Shown: piece by piece, positions 45,553-58,991 of the stretch
How positions within the stretch are numbered: the stretch's first letter is position 1
How the letters are laid out: each line of letters opens with the position of its first letter
Assembly: GCA_020137815.1 (NCBI GenBank)
Contig: CM035354.1
Location: 5,022,001 to 5,086,000 of the forward strand
Length of the DNA stretch: 64,000 bases
Reading direction: 5' to 3'
DNA from: Hormiphora californensis
Lineage: Eukaryota > Animalia > Ctenophora
Position numbers and translations under genes: made by a program
The notes under the pieces: generated by a model
What the model was told of the DNA's origin: nothing
What the model saw: the letters and a program-made list of their open reading frames with translations, nothing else
The model's database searches: none

Positions 45553-47175
45553 ATGGAGTTCATTAGTAAACCCAAGATAGAGAATGTTCTCCTCCAGAGA
45601 AACCTGCGAGTCAACAAAAACTATGTCTCTGGCACCCTCTTCACCGATCTCCTAACGTTTATATTCAAATGCGACAACACTGATGATACAAGTGGGAGCG
45701 GTCTGAATAGTATCCCGGGAGGGGAGTTACAGATTCCACACTGTCAGGTGGAGTCTGTTGATAGAATGAATCTAACCCCATCCGGGACGCCTCTCTACAT
45801 TCGGTGTAAGACTTTCCTGGTGCTGAAATTCATTTTCAGAAAAGACAGGGATGCTAACGATTTCTATGAGGCGATCAGCCATCTTTCCAGACCAAAGACA
45901 ATCGAGGATTTGTCCGTGTTGAACTACCGGCCAAATGATGTTAGCTGCTCGGCAGTACAGAGTTCTGGGTGGCACATGTTTGATTACAACATCGAGTATT
46001 CTAGGTTTGGGGTTCCCAACTCTGGCTGGAAGTATTCCTCCCTCAACGAGAATTACAAACTCTGCCCTACTTATCCCAAGTGGTTATTTGTACCCGCTGA
46101 GGCTACTAACGAGATTGTGCAGGGTAGTGCCAAGTTCAGAAGCCAGCAGCGTCTCCCCGCCCTGTCCTACCTTTATCAGCCCACTGGAGCTGTTATCTGC
46201 AGGTCCTCCCAGCCTTGTGTCGGGCTGAATAAGCGCTCTGGCCATGATGAGAAGATGCTGAGTAGTATCCGGTCAGCGAACAGTAGGGAGAGTTTTAGAT
46301 ACAACAAGCTACACATCATTGATACTCGACCCAGAGTTAATGCCATGGTTAACAGGGCAGGAGGTAAGGGGTACGAGGATGTAAAGAATTATGTTGACGT
46401 GGTCTACAGGAATTTCCCGATCCAGAATATTCACGTTATGCGAGAGAGTATGTTGAAACTACGGAACACCGTGGAATCGGCTCTTACCACTGCTGCCTGG
46501 AATGAAGGGCTGGAGGAGAGTGGGTGGTTGGTTCATCTGAAGATCCTTCTTGAAACGGCCAAGTTCATCTCTAGAACCATCCATCGGGATGGTAGTTCAG
46601 TGTTGATTCACTGTTCTGATGGGTGGGATAGGACCGCCCAGACCTCATCTCTCTCCCAGCTCATACTAGATCCCTACTACCGCACCCTGAATGGCTTTCA
46701 GATTCTTATCGAAAAGGAATGGCTGGCATTCGGGCACAAGTTTGTCGAGCGATGTGCCCTGCTCAACGGAAATCCCGATGAAGCATCCCCAATATTCCTC
46801 CAATTTTTGGATTCAGTTTACCAACTTTTGTACCAGTTTCCAGCTAGTTTCGAGTTTAACGATCACTACCTCGTTACCCTATATGATATGTTAACTGGAG
46901 GGAAATTCGGTACATTCCTAGGTAACAACGAGAGATCTCGGATAGGCCTGAACGAGAGAACCTTCTCCATCTGGGGTTACTTCTGGGAGAACATCGAGAA
47001 CTTTCTGAACCCTGAATACGGGGTTTCCTCAAGACAATTAGAGCTGGGAGACCCGGGGAGTATGTTAGAGGTGTCCACTGAGAGTAGAGACATCGTCCCT
47101 TGGTCGACTATGTACTGTAGATATGATATAACTAGGCATACATCCGATCAGGGGTCTACAGCTGGCGGCAAGTAG
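45553..47175 (+). CDS. Active myotubularin phosphoinositide 3-phosphatase, MTMR6/7/8 subfamily, intronless
   Basis: N-terminal GRAM-like region, LCPTYP, CRSSQP, NIHVMRES, catalytic HCSDGWDRT, EKEWLAFGHKF. Confidence 0.93.
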   Translation: MEFISKPKIENVLLQRNLRVNKNYVSGTLFTDLLTFIFKCDNTDDTSGSGLNSIPGGELQIPHCQVESVDRMNLTPSGTPLYIRCKTFLVLKFIFRKDRDANDFYEAISHLSRPKTIEDLSVLNYRPNDVSCSAVQSSGWHMFDYNIEYSRFGVPNSGWKYSSLNENYKLCPTYPKWLFVPAEATNEIVQGSAKFRSQQRLPALSYLYQPTGAVICRSSQPCVGLNKRSGHDEKMLSSIRSANSRESFRYNKLHIIDTRPRVNAMVNRAGGKGYEDVKNYVDVVYRNFPIQNIHVMRESMLKLRNTVESALTTAAWNEGLEESGWLVHLKILLETAKFISRTIHRDGSSVLIHCSDGWDRTAQTSSLSQLILDPYYRTLNGFQILIEKEWLAFGHKFVERCALLNGNPDEASPIFLQFLDSVYQLLYQFPASFEFNDHYLVTLYDMLTGGKFGTFLGNNERSRIGLNERTFSIWGYFWENIENFLNPEYGVSSRQLELGDPGSMLEVSTESRDIVPWSTMYCRYDITRHTSDQGSTAGGK

Positions 47176-47570
47176 ACGACTTGGTGTTAGGGTGGGGGCT
47201 AACAACTTGATGTTGTGGGCAGGGGCTGACAAATTGGTGCAGGGAGCTGATTGTTTTATTATTTTGGGCCATGGGATCAGACTAGTTCTGTATATTTTTG
47301 CATGTTTCAACTGGGTGGGTGGTAAAATACTTGATGGTTCAAACCGCCCTATTCGTGTATAATAGTGTGTGAGTGTGACATTGCTTTTTCTAAAAGTGGA
47401 GTATATATAATTTAATTCTGTTTCCTGTAGTGCTGTTTGTGTGGTTCTTTCGATTTGTGTTTTAATTCTGTTTGAAGTTTCCTGTTTTTCTTTTTCCGAT
47501 CCCCTCACTGCCCCTAATATCCCCATCTTGCCCCTGTCTTTCTAACCTCCTGTTTCTCATTCAGGTTATC

Positions 47571-48425
47571 ATGGCGGAAGATATATCGCTCCTCTCCGTG
47601 GCGGCTGATACATCACTTCCCTCCCTAGAAGATCACACTTCTCTTCCCTCCCTCATGACTGATCAACTATCCATCTCAAAATCAGCCCAAAAACGCCAAC
47701 TCAAACTTCAATGGCTAAAGGATCATCGGAGGGAAAAAGATAGACGAAAAAAGGAAGAGAAAAGGGCGATTCCCCGTCCCTTGGTTGATGATCCAGACCG
47801 CATATCCAAACGGTTGCTAATTCAACAAGAAAAGGAACATTTAAAAATGAGTCTAACATCATTTCCTAAAGTTGTTATCGACTGTGCTTATACTCACCTC
47901 ATGTCAGAAAAAGAGATGAACAAAACGAGGTCCCAGTTCCAGCGGTGTTACAGTTTACTAAAACGTACCGATCTCAAAACCTTCCATTTGCATCTTGGAA
48001 ACCTCGAGGAAGCCTCCCAACTCTACCAGACATTCCTCCAAAAAACGGACGGATTTGAAAACATGTCCATCACAGTTTTTCCCGGTAGTGTATTTGAGGA
48101 GTTTTCTCCCTCTGAGTTGGTCTACCTGAGTCCTGATGCTGCAGAGCCGCTCCTCACCATCTCCCCTGATTGTGTCTATGTGATTGGGGGCCTGGTTGAT
48201 GACAATATCAAGAGGGGCGCTTCAAAGGGTCGGTGTGAGAGGGCAGGAGTTAGGACTGCCCGGTTACCAATCCAGGAATTCTGGGAGAGACCCAACCATA
48301 AACAGTGTGTTCTGACTATCAACCAGGTTTTTGAGATCCTGCTTTTAGTGCACAATGGGGCTTTGTGGAAGGATGCCTTAGAGCAAGTTATGCCAAAACG
48401 AAAGGGCTTAGCACTCGGAGGATAA
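47571..48425 (+). CDS. TRMT10: tRNA m1R9 SPOUT methyltransferase (TRMT10B/A-like)
   Basis: VIDC, LVYLSPDA, VYVIGGLVD, TARLPI, VLTINQVFEIL, MPKRK; ATG 47571 follows a CAG acceptor. Confidence 0.92.
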   Translation: MAEDISLLSVAADTSLPSLEDHTSLPSLMTDQLSISKSAQKRQLKLQWLKDHRREKDRRKKEEKRAIPRPLVDDPDRISKRLLIQQEKEHLKMSLTSFPKVVIDCAYTHLMSEKEMNKTRSQFQRCYSLLKRTDLKTFHLHLGNLEEASQLYQTFLQKTDGFENMSITVFPGSVFEEFSPSELVYLSPDAAEPLLTISPDCVYVIGGLVDDNIKRGASKGRCERAGVRTARLPIQEFWERPNHKQCVLTINQVFEILLLVHNGALWKDALEQVMPKRKGLALGG

Positions 48426-48581
48426 CTCGTATTGAGACAGTTTTAAAAAGTTTTCTAAATGTTTTAATTTATTTTATTTATAGGTTTGTGTATGGTTTTC
48501 AATAATGCATACCATCATTTTAATCATGTCAATGCTAAATATTCGACTAATCATTGCCCTATTGTTCAGTAGTGTTGCAAA

Positions 48582-50799
<2,218 letters not shown>

Positions 50800-51083
50800 A
50801 CAGAGAAAGCGAGAAAGACTTGTGTAAGGAGAAACATTTCGGAGAGAGGGGGTTTATCTGTTAACTGGTTAACAGTGTTATCGTTTGGAAATAATATATA
50901 TTTGAATATATCACGCGACTCTATTATACATACACGTGACGAATGTGTGTACGTGTGTACATAAATATATTTCCTTCTTGTTACGTATGTTCTCCAGAAA
51001 CTGTAATTGCATTCCCCAGCTACAGCCCCCTGTCACAATATTAACTGTAACAACTCTTCATTTCTGTTCTATCTAGCAATGAG

Positions 51084-54000
51084 ATGCCTGTCAGATGTCA
51101 ATCAGACCTAGAGGCTGTACGGTTGTTAAAGGACCCCCGCCACCAGCAGGATGCCATCAGGCACATCAAGAACAGGGTCATTGGCAGCAGTCAGAGGAAA
51201 CTATTCTTCCTTGAAGCCGGGGTTATAACACAACTCATATGTAAGTAGTGAGTGGCGTGTGTAGTATTATCGTCCATTTACGTGAGACTTGTTAAGAATT
51301 CTCTAATTCAATTGATTTGTCGTGATTACACGTTTGTGGGTGAATTGCCTGCAGCATAATACCACATTATCTAATTTCCCAGGTGTAGTGCGGCAGGAAG
51401 AGTACCCCGTATCAACTGAAGCCCTTTACGTATGTAACTCTCTAGCCCTGGGTGGACAGAGGTGTGTTGATCAGTTGGTACAAGATGGACTCATCACCGC
51501 TCTTTTAACGGTCCTCTCAAAACACCAGGAACAGTCCTTTCTTGAGGCTATTCTCAGGACACTTAGGTCGATATACTCCTACTCTCACCTCGACACTTCC
51601 TTCCTGTGGTCAGATGAAAGTTTTGTAAATCGAGTCATTGATCTGATGCCCCTCTCGCCCACCACTGGACAATGTGGAGCCCTTGTTATAGGGAGAATCT
51701 GTAAAACAGTGGAGCAACAAGCAATCCTGTCCACCACACCCATCTTCACCCACCTCTCAACTCTCCTCAACTCGGACAGTGAGAAATCACATCTTGCCGC
51801 CCTTGTGTGTCTCTCCGAATTGACATTTGACTGTGTCCTCGTATCACACGAGATCCAGCAACGCCACCCGGACATAACGATCCGGGTGTTTGAACTGCTC
51901 CAACGTGACAAGTACGTGTACGTGCAGTATACTGCTGCTAAATGCCTCACAAACCTTTTCCGGGTGGGCGGACTGACAGAGGAGCCAAGAAGTAAAACAA
52001 AGCTGTTGGACACAATTGTATATCTGTGTCTGAGTGACACTCCCAAAGTGAAGAACATGGGTGCCACATTACTATACGAGTTGATCGAACAGAATCCTGA
52101 GTTGCAGCTCTTGGCATCCTACTCGCGACAATTGATGAGCGGGCTCAGTGACTTTTTTGTGGCAACCAAAGACCCGGTGTTTCTACCCAAACTGCGTAGT
52201 GCTGCGTTCAAAGCATTTGCTGCACTGGGAGAGAGCCAAGAGGAGATTAGGAAGTGTATTATTGAGGGGGAGAATATCATCACACAGCTAAAGTTTGGCC
52301 TCCAAGATGAAAGTACTGAGGTAAAATAATTTCATCCACATTTTCCTAACCAAATCCCCGAATCCTGATGCCAAAAAAAAGTATTTTTTCTCAAATTCAG
52401 GTTCAAGTTGCAGCACTCTCCTGTCTCCACTCCCTATCCCGGTCGGTGAAGCAACTGAGAACAAACCTGTTAGACGCGGAGGTGTGGCAGCCCCTTCTCC
52501 AGCTGATTAGGGCACAAGATTGTGATCTCATTCGGACAGCATCAAGGACACTCTGTAATCTTCTTCTTGACTTTTCACCTTCAAAGGTGGGTAATACCTT
52601 CATCGCTCCTATATCTGTTACCACCACCCCATCATGTGAACCATGTCAGACATATCCTTGGTCACCAAACTCCTATGGGTGACCCACAGGACGGGATGAC
52701 CCGTACTGTGAGCCATCCATATAATGTTGTCATACCATGCAGTCAGCTCACAAGAACATACTTGCTGTTCAGCACGCACCTTCAATCACTACATCAGCTT
52801 GCTAACCAAGTCTTGCCTTCCTTGCGTAAAGAGTCGACCAATGATTCCCTTCTGGCCTCTTAGTTAGTGGGAAGGTTGGATGGAGGTTTCTTCTAGTGTT
52901 CCGCCTGATTAGGCGGCTCTTAGTGTTGTGGGGTTAGGTTGGGGGGTTAGGTTGGGGTGGGGGATGGTACTTGCAGTATACCGGACCTTGACACCGGGGT
53001 CAAACAAATGACCGTGAAGTTTAATATCTGTCAAACCATGGCACATACATGGCCAGAATACATGTGTGTACAGGGAGTGACAAATGTTAATGCGGAGAAG
53101 ACACGAAAAAAACCCCTATCTCTCACAGACATACATTTTGTACATGGGATCCTGAAACCCAACTATATTCGATAGATTTTATCTGTGTCACTATTTTCAC
53201 TGCCACTTTCTGTGACATATTGCAGAATACCCCCCCTCCTGGCTCCTGGGTAACCCCTTCCAATCCCCCTCCAGGATATCTTGTTGGAGCAGGAGGGCAC
53301 TGTTGAACTACTATCACAACTAGTCCTACATCCTGATGAGGAGGTGAAGTTGAACGGGCTTTGGGCCATGATGAACATCACATACAAGGCAAACGCTCAA
53401 CTACGATCAAAGATTTTAACACATGTAAGTACAATAATATAGTTAAATTCACACTAATTAACACTCTTTAATTATTACGCAAAATATTGGTTCAAGTAGT
53501 TACAATTATTTCTGTCCCTATCGTCCGAGACGAGTTCCAAGTAAGTCTATTAAAGTAAGATATAAACACGCTACTGCAAACTTCTCAATCTCCTCCTCCA
53601 CAAATCCTCGTTGCAACTCGTTTTCCAACATTCCATAGAGCCTTCCTCATGCTAGGCTGAACGAGTATCAGTACCCAGCTAATCGTAAAGACGTAATAAG
53701 CATTGAAATGGGCACAAAACAATACAACTCCGCGTTCACTCGACCCAACCAGTTTAAAGAATTTGTCCCATACAAGCTGAGCCCATAAAGGAGGAATGTG
53801 ATTGACCGCTAGGGGAATCTCCAAAAAGGCCAAATTAAAGATACTAAACGCGAACCAAACGAAGTCAAAGACGAGAATTAAACCAACAATTCGAAGAGTG
53901 AGGGCAATGTTATGCAATAAAATGGTATTTGTTACTTCCCTTCGTAGAACAGGGGGCGGGTCGGGGGATTCTCCTTCAACAGTATGTTCCGTCGCATTAT

Positions 54001-55557
54001 CTGTTGTCACGCTGTTGTCCGAGATAAGATCTGGAGAGCTGTCAGGAACTGTAGGTTCGATAAGGGGGGAACGTTCCGGGTCAGCGGAATTGAACCTCCG
54101 ATGAAGAATAGCCAGATAGATAACCAGGCCCACCGATACCGAGACTACTAGTAATTCCAGGGTTAGGTTACCTATGAAATGAAGCAACACCCAATACTTG
54201 CTGCACGAAAAGTTATCGCAAACTCGATTAATGGCAAACAAAACCACAGGCAAAATCCAGATTAATCCAAGAAGAATCTTCAGTATGATGCGGCTCTCGG
54301 TTCTATTAACTAAGGACTGAACTCGGACAAGGTAAATCGTGAGTAAAAGCGTGTCTCGGAAAGTGCTCACACAATCGGAAACTTTTGCAAAGAAAAGCAA
54401 CCAAAAGTCACCTCCCCCGAGACCAATAGGGATGATGGTAAGACAAGAGACCGCATGTATAAAGCACAGATGGAGATGGAGATGGAGATTGGTGGATGTT
54501 ATGGGTATCCGGTAACCCCACCTCTGACATCGGGCAAATATCGCCACCACCAGAAGAATAGTACTGATGAGACCCAGAACTCCCACCGTCAGGGTTAGGG
54601 GTTGTAGAACATGACGAGAGAAGTAGTTTCCCGGTGCTTCTTCTGTTGTTGACATTCTAGATGGAAAGGGTAGTTAGATATCCAATATCACTGCATTGGA
54701 AAGCGCAAAGGTGGATCTGATCATAAGATATTTCATATTGCACGTCATATCACAGGGACACGGAGACTGGATTGACGTGTCTCGGAGCAATACGTGCTAT
54801 TCAACTAACCAGTGGCTACTGGTTGCCTCCTTTTATACTACTCACTCTTCTGAAATCAGTTCCTTTCTTTCCAATCCATTCTCCTTCTTTTACTTTCACT
54901 CTTATCTATCCAATCTCTTTACTTTCTTTCTCTTTTCTCTTGTAGATCTGTTCCTTGACTCGACAAACATTGTTGGATAATGCCTGTTTACTGCTCATTT
55001 ACAAGTTTGGAAACTTCATCGGTTCAGTCCAATGACAATATATTGTATTTCCTTTCTCTTACTTTCTCTGTTCTCTATTCTATCCGTTCCTTCTCTTGAC
55101 AAGCTGTTTCAGCTGCATGACAGATGTATTGCAGCTCGGGTAGCAAGAAAATGGAATATAACTGAGTCAAAAAACAATTTTAACTTGTCTATATCACAGT
55201 TTTAATCACCCTAACAGTTTGGTATTGAGCAAATCTTGAACGCAGTTGAGGAAAGCCGCCCAAAGTTGAAGATAAAGGCTCTGGGGCTACTGAGAAACAT
55301 TCTGTGTGATAAAGAGGAGGTGGACAGGTACTAAAATACCCCCCCCCCCCCTGAACTACTCAAAATTAATTAATTAATACCTGGGTATCAAATTATTAAC
55401 AATCAATTCGTCAGTTGATTATTATTAATGGAGTTGCTTTATAGGTTGATGATGGTTCACGGCTCAAGTGTTCTCTCCACCCTTGTTCCCCTGCTCTCCC
55501 CTGTTATGGAACTATCTGAGGAGGAACAGGAACAGGTTAGAGGAACTAGGGGAACAA

Positions 55558-55638
<81 letters not shown>

Positions 55639-55643
55639 GTCTC

Positions 55644-55717
<74 letters not shown>

Positions 55718-56133
55718 GGTGTTGTGTGTGTTTATCAATATCGCGGGTGGAGAGATGTCACGTGATCTTCTCATGGCCAGGGAAGACCTGCTCCTGTGCC
55801 TCCTTGAATTCCTCTGTCACTCCAACTCACAACTACAGGTAATTAAAGATTTAGTTAATTGATTAATTAATTACACAACTACCACCAATCCCATAATCCC
55901 ATCACAGATATCCCTAATTGCCCTAATACAACCAAGATCCCAATGAAAACTGTTTTCAGATCGCTGCTACAACATGTATAGGGCAGATGGCAGTACACGA
56001 TGAAAGAAGTGAGATTAGACATGCTAAATTACGGAGGATGGGCCACTTCACACAGCTACAGACTCTCCTCTCAGCTAGAGCGGAGGTATCTGACCGAGCT
56101 AAAATTGCACTGCAGTACTTCAGGATAGAATAG
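51084..56133 (+). CDS. ARMC8: Armadillo repeat protein 8 (GID/CTLH subunit), 8 exons
   Basis: IKNRVIGS, AAKCLTNL, AAFKAFAALG...EEIRK, CLHSLSRSVKQLRT, LCNLLLDFSPSK, LNGLWAMMN, KALGLLRN. Exons ~51084-51240, 51383-52320, 52401-52586, 53275-53423, 55218-55327, 55445-55536, 55719-55838, 55960-56133. Confidence 0.92.
53585..54655 (-). CDS. Divergent intronless 7-TM receptor (class A GPCR-like), nested antisense in an ARMC8 intron
   Basis: Seven hydrophobic segments, LVRV at the DRY position, TM4 Trp, long acidic third loop, TM6 FVWF, helix-8-like PSMRKALW. Confidence 0.7.
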   Translation of the reverse strand: MSTTEEAPGNYFSRHVLQPLTLTVGVLGLISTILLVVAIFARCQRWGYRIPITSTNLHLHLHLCFIHAVSCLTIIPIGLGGGDFWLLFFAKVSDCVSTFRDTLLLTIYLVRVQSLVNRTESRIILKILLGLIWILPVVLFAINRVCDNFSCSKYWVLLHFIGNLTLELLVVSVSVGLVIYLAILHRRFNSADPERSPLIEPTVPDSSPDLISDNSVTTDNATEHTVEGESPDPPPVLRREVTNTILLHNIALTLRIVGLILVFDFVWFAFSIFNLAFLEIPLAVNHIPPLWAQLVWDKFFKLVGSSERGVVLFCAHFNAYYVFTISWVLILVQPSMRKALWNVGKRVATRICGGGD

Positions 56134-56426
56134 AGCGGCTGTTGTGGTGGGGTTTGTATACATGGTGTGGTGTTATAGAGGGGAATATTTCCAGAGAATC
56201 AGCTTGATGGTGTGGGGAGATATCCTACAAGGAATCATACTGTGAAACATGTCATGGTGTACATTTCGGTTATTTGTACTAGGGGGTTGCTGCAGTTTTT
56301 ATGTGACTGACACAAATCTCACAGAAAGCTTGGGGAAATATGATCAGACGTTCATAATTCATGTATGTGACTAGGTGATATGAATCTTTTATCTAACATC
56401 ACGACACATACTGAATACACACATTA

Positions 56427-57292
56427 GGGTAAGCTGGGGTAAAATGGCCCGTGGGGTAAAGTGGCCCATGTATGGGGCAAAGTGGCCCTAGTTATTACAT
56501 GTGGTCACGTGACTTTTTCTCCAGCGGAGACCTGCTCGTTCTGTTCCGAATTTTCGCTTTAAAACTGCTGTCATTTCTGTTTGGGTTGGCCGATTTTAAT
56601 TTTGCAAAAACTGCCAGTTAGGCTTTATAATTCTCTAAAACGTGGTATAAAAATTTTTGAAGAAATTGGCATTTTTGTTGTCTTAATTGTCAATTTTGTG
56701 AAATCGGGGCAAATATGGCCCACTCTCCGGGGCAAAGTGGTCCGGTCTGGGGCAAAGTGGCCCACCTCTAGGACCAATGAAATGGCGCCTGCAATACCAC
56801 GTGACATTGGAATGCACAAAAATGTAGTACAGACGATCAAATTAGGGGCAAAGTGGCCCATGTTCCGGTGCAGAACATGGGCCACTTTGCCCCTAGTTTG
56901 ATCGTTTCGTCTAACAACACCAGGCACGTGATAAAATCGAGCAATGCTATTGGCTTGGGCCACTTTGCCTTGGTAACGAAGTTACCCCTCCCTTGCCGGC
57001 GCGGCGTGCGAAGCACGCCAAACGAAGGCCGCGAAGCGGCCTGAGTAGAGTGTGAGGTGTCTTCGATACCAACACTTTGCCCCGGTGCAAATTTTCCAAA
57101 AAACGCCTCACCAAATTATTTGAATTGATTAATTAACCCATTAAATAAAACTTGTAGATTTTAAAATTTAGCTCGGCTGAAAGGAAAAGGTTTCATTGGA
57201 TAGCCTATATAATTTTTTTCTTCCTGCTGTATAAATTGCGTATTTTAGAACCTAAAACGTTAAAAAATGGGCCATTTTACCCCAGCTTACCC
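56427..57292. mobile_element. pogo/Tc1-mariner-type MITE
   Basis: TA|GGGTAAGCTGGGGTAAAATGGCCC...GGGCCATTTTACCCCAGCTTACCC|TA; repeated GGGCAAAGTGGCCC motifs. Confidence 0.9.
56970..57072. mobile_element. 103-bp micro-MITE (TTGGTAACG family) nested in the pogo-type MITE, 9-bp TSD
   Basis: TTGGTAACGAAG...CTTCGATACCAA; TSD CACTTTGCC at 56961-56969 and 57073-57081. Confidence 0.85.
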
Positions 57293-57604
57293 TATATATG
57301 GTAGACTTTACTAATCCGTAGTAGGGGGAGAAAAACTTTGTAAATAGTAAATTTTGTTGTTTCTAGATGAGAAAGAGAAAATAAGTGAGTTATACTATTT
57401 GAGGTAAATGTCTTTGTACGAGAGTTTGCAGACTACTTCAAAATGATACACTTTGTCTTTATTACTCCCTTCACTGATAGCCCTAGCCAAACCTCTTTCG
57501 GTCATTTCCTGACCCTAAATACCCTCTGCTTTTGCATGATTGATTTACCACCCTCCCCCCCCCCCCTCCCCATCAGACTAACCCCCAAATCTTCCTATGT
57601 AGCC

Positions 57605-58090
57605 ATGACAGCAATTGAGCGACTCCAAGAGGAGTTAAAACAATGGAAATACAACCATCCTTGTAACTTTGTAGCCCGTCCAGTCAGTCAACCCGGCACA
57701 AACCAACCTGACTATCTCCTCTGGGAGTGTTCTATACCCGGTCCTGCTAACACACCCTGGGAGGGAGGGCAGTACTACCTAACCCTCAAGTTTACCCCGG
57801 ACTACCCCCACTCTCCCCCAGTGGCACACTTCGTTCCCTTTATCTTCCATCCTAACGTGTTCATGTCGGGCAAGATGGCCATCTCAGTCCTGGAGAGGGA
57901 ACACTGGCACCAAAAGTTAACAATCAGGGATATTTTGTTGTGCTGTCAGCGGCTGTTAATTGAGCCTAATTTAATGACACCCGCTAATAGTGAAGCGTAT
58001 ATGGTGTACACGGAGAGCCCTTTTGAGTACACCCAAATTATCAGGGATCAAGCCGCTGAGTTTTCTATTGATGACTACGATGGCTATTGA
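57605..58090 (+). CDS. UBC9/UBE2I-like SUMO E2 paralogue lacking the catalytic cysteine
   Basis: RLQEELKQW...HP..FVARP, WECSIPG...TPWEGG, DYP..PP, FHPNV; HPNVFMSGKMAISVL aligns to UBC9 HPNVYPSGTVCLSIL. Confidence 0.88.
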   Translation: MTAIERLQEELKQWKYNHPCNFVARPVSQPGTNQPDYLLWECSIPGPANTPWEGGQYYLTLKFTPDYPHSPPVAHFVPFIFHPNVFMSGKMAISVLEREHWHQKLTIRDILLCCQRLLIEPNLMTPANSEAYMVYTESPFEYTQIIRDQAAEFSIDDYDGY

Positions 58091-58991
58091 TAGTGTTTCC
58101 TAATTCTGAAAGGAAATCACGATAAGTCGATGAGTTGTATTTTCGAGGGATTCTGCAAGGTTACCGGGGTGTAGTGAGCTTTAGTTTTATATCAACTTGT
58201 ATTTATTGTTAGGCGTTTTCTAGTTTCGTTACCAGTGATTATGGTGATGATATTATGTCCTAATTCAGGCAGCACAGTTTTTGAGAGTTCCTTTAGCTAG
58301 TATTGTAGGGGAAGTGCATATTGAACTCTAATCATATTCGCTATATGAATATATCTATAGTATGTGACTTTGTGTATACTAAGAGTTATTAATTTATTAA
58401 CTTAGAGTACAATATTCCTTTTTTACTCTTGTTTTTATGAATGGATCACTTGAGTAAGACTAATATAAGAGAAGAGACCGACGAGAGGACATACCGCTTC
58501 CAGTTGATGTCTTTTTATTCAATTCTTAACTTCTTGTCAACTGAAAATTATGTCTCTTATTAATTTCTGACTATTGGTATTTGAAAATAGAGTAGGTATA
58601 GTCGATTATAAACTATTTCCTCGCACGCGCTTGAAACTTTAATCTGCACTTCCAAATTGCGCCGCGCTTGAACTAAAATATCTCGCGCGCTCTAAAAATC
58701 CAGATTCGACTCGTAAAAAACAACGCGACTTTCTTAAAAACAAAGTCGTTTTTGTTTCGGGAGGCGGTGCAGCTCCCTGATACGGCGCCACTTTACACGC
58801 TCTGCAGCCTCATAAGGTGTCCCTTTTTGTCAAAGCTCACAATGCTTTTTTTTCTCCCTCCGTGTTGTCTCCTCCCTTGGACAACTTTTGCGAAAAAAAT
58901 TGCACCGAAGTTTTTGGCCTTTGGGTCAAGAGTTGACATCAGTTGATCAAGTTCATTTTATCCTCTCAAATTACAATTTCCATCAGCCATA

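Noticed and set aside
51079-51111. ATG 51079 as the ARMC8 start
   Set aside because: It reaches a stop after 10 codons; ATG 51084 gives the ARMC8 frame.
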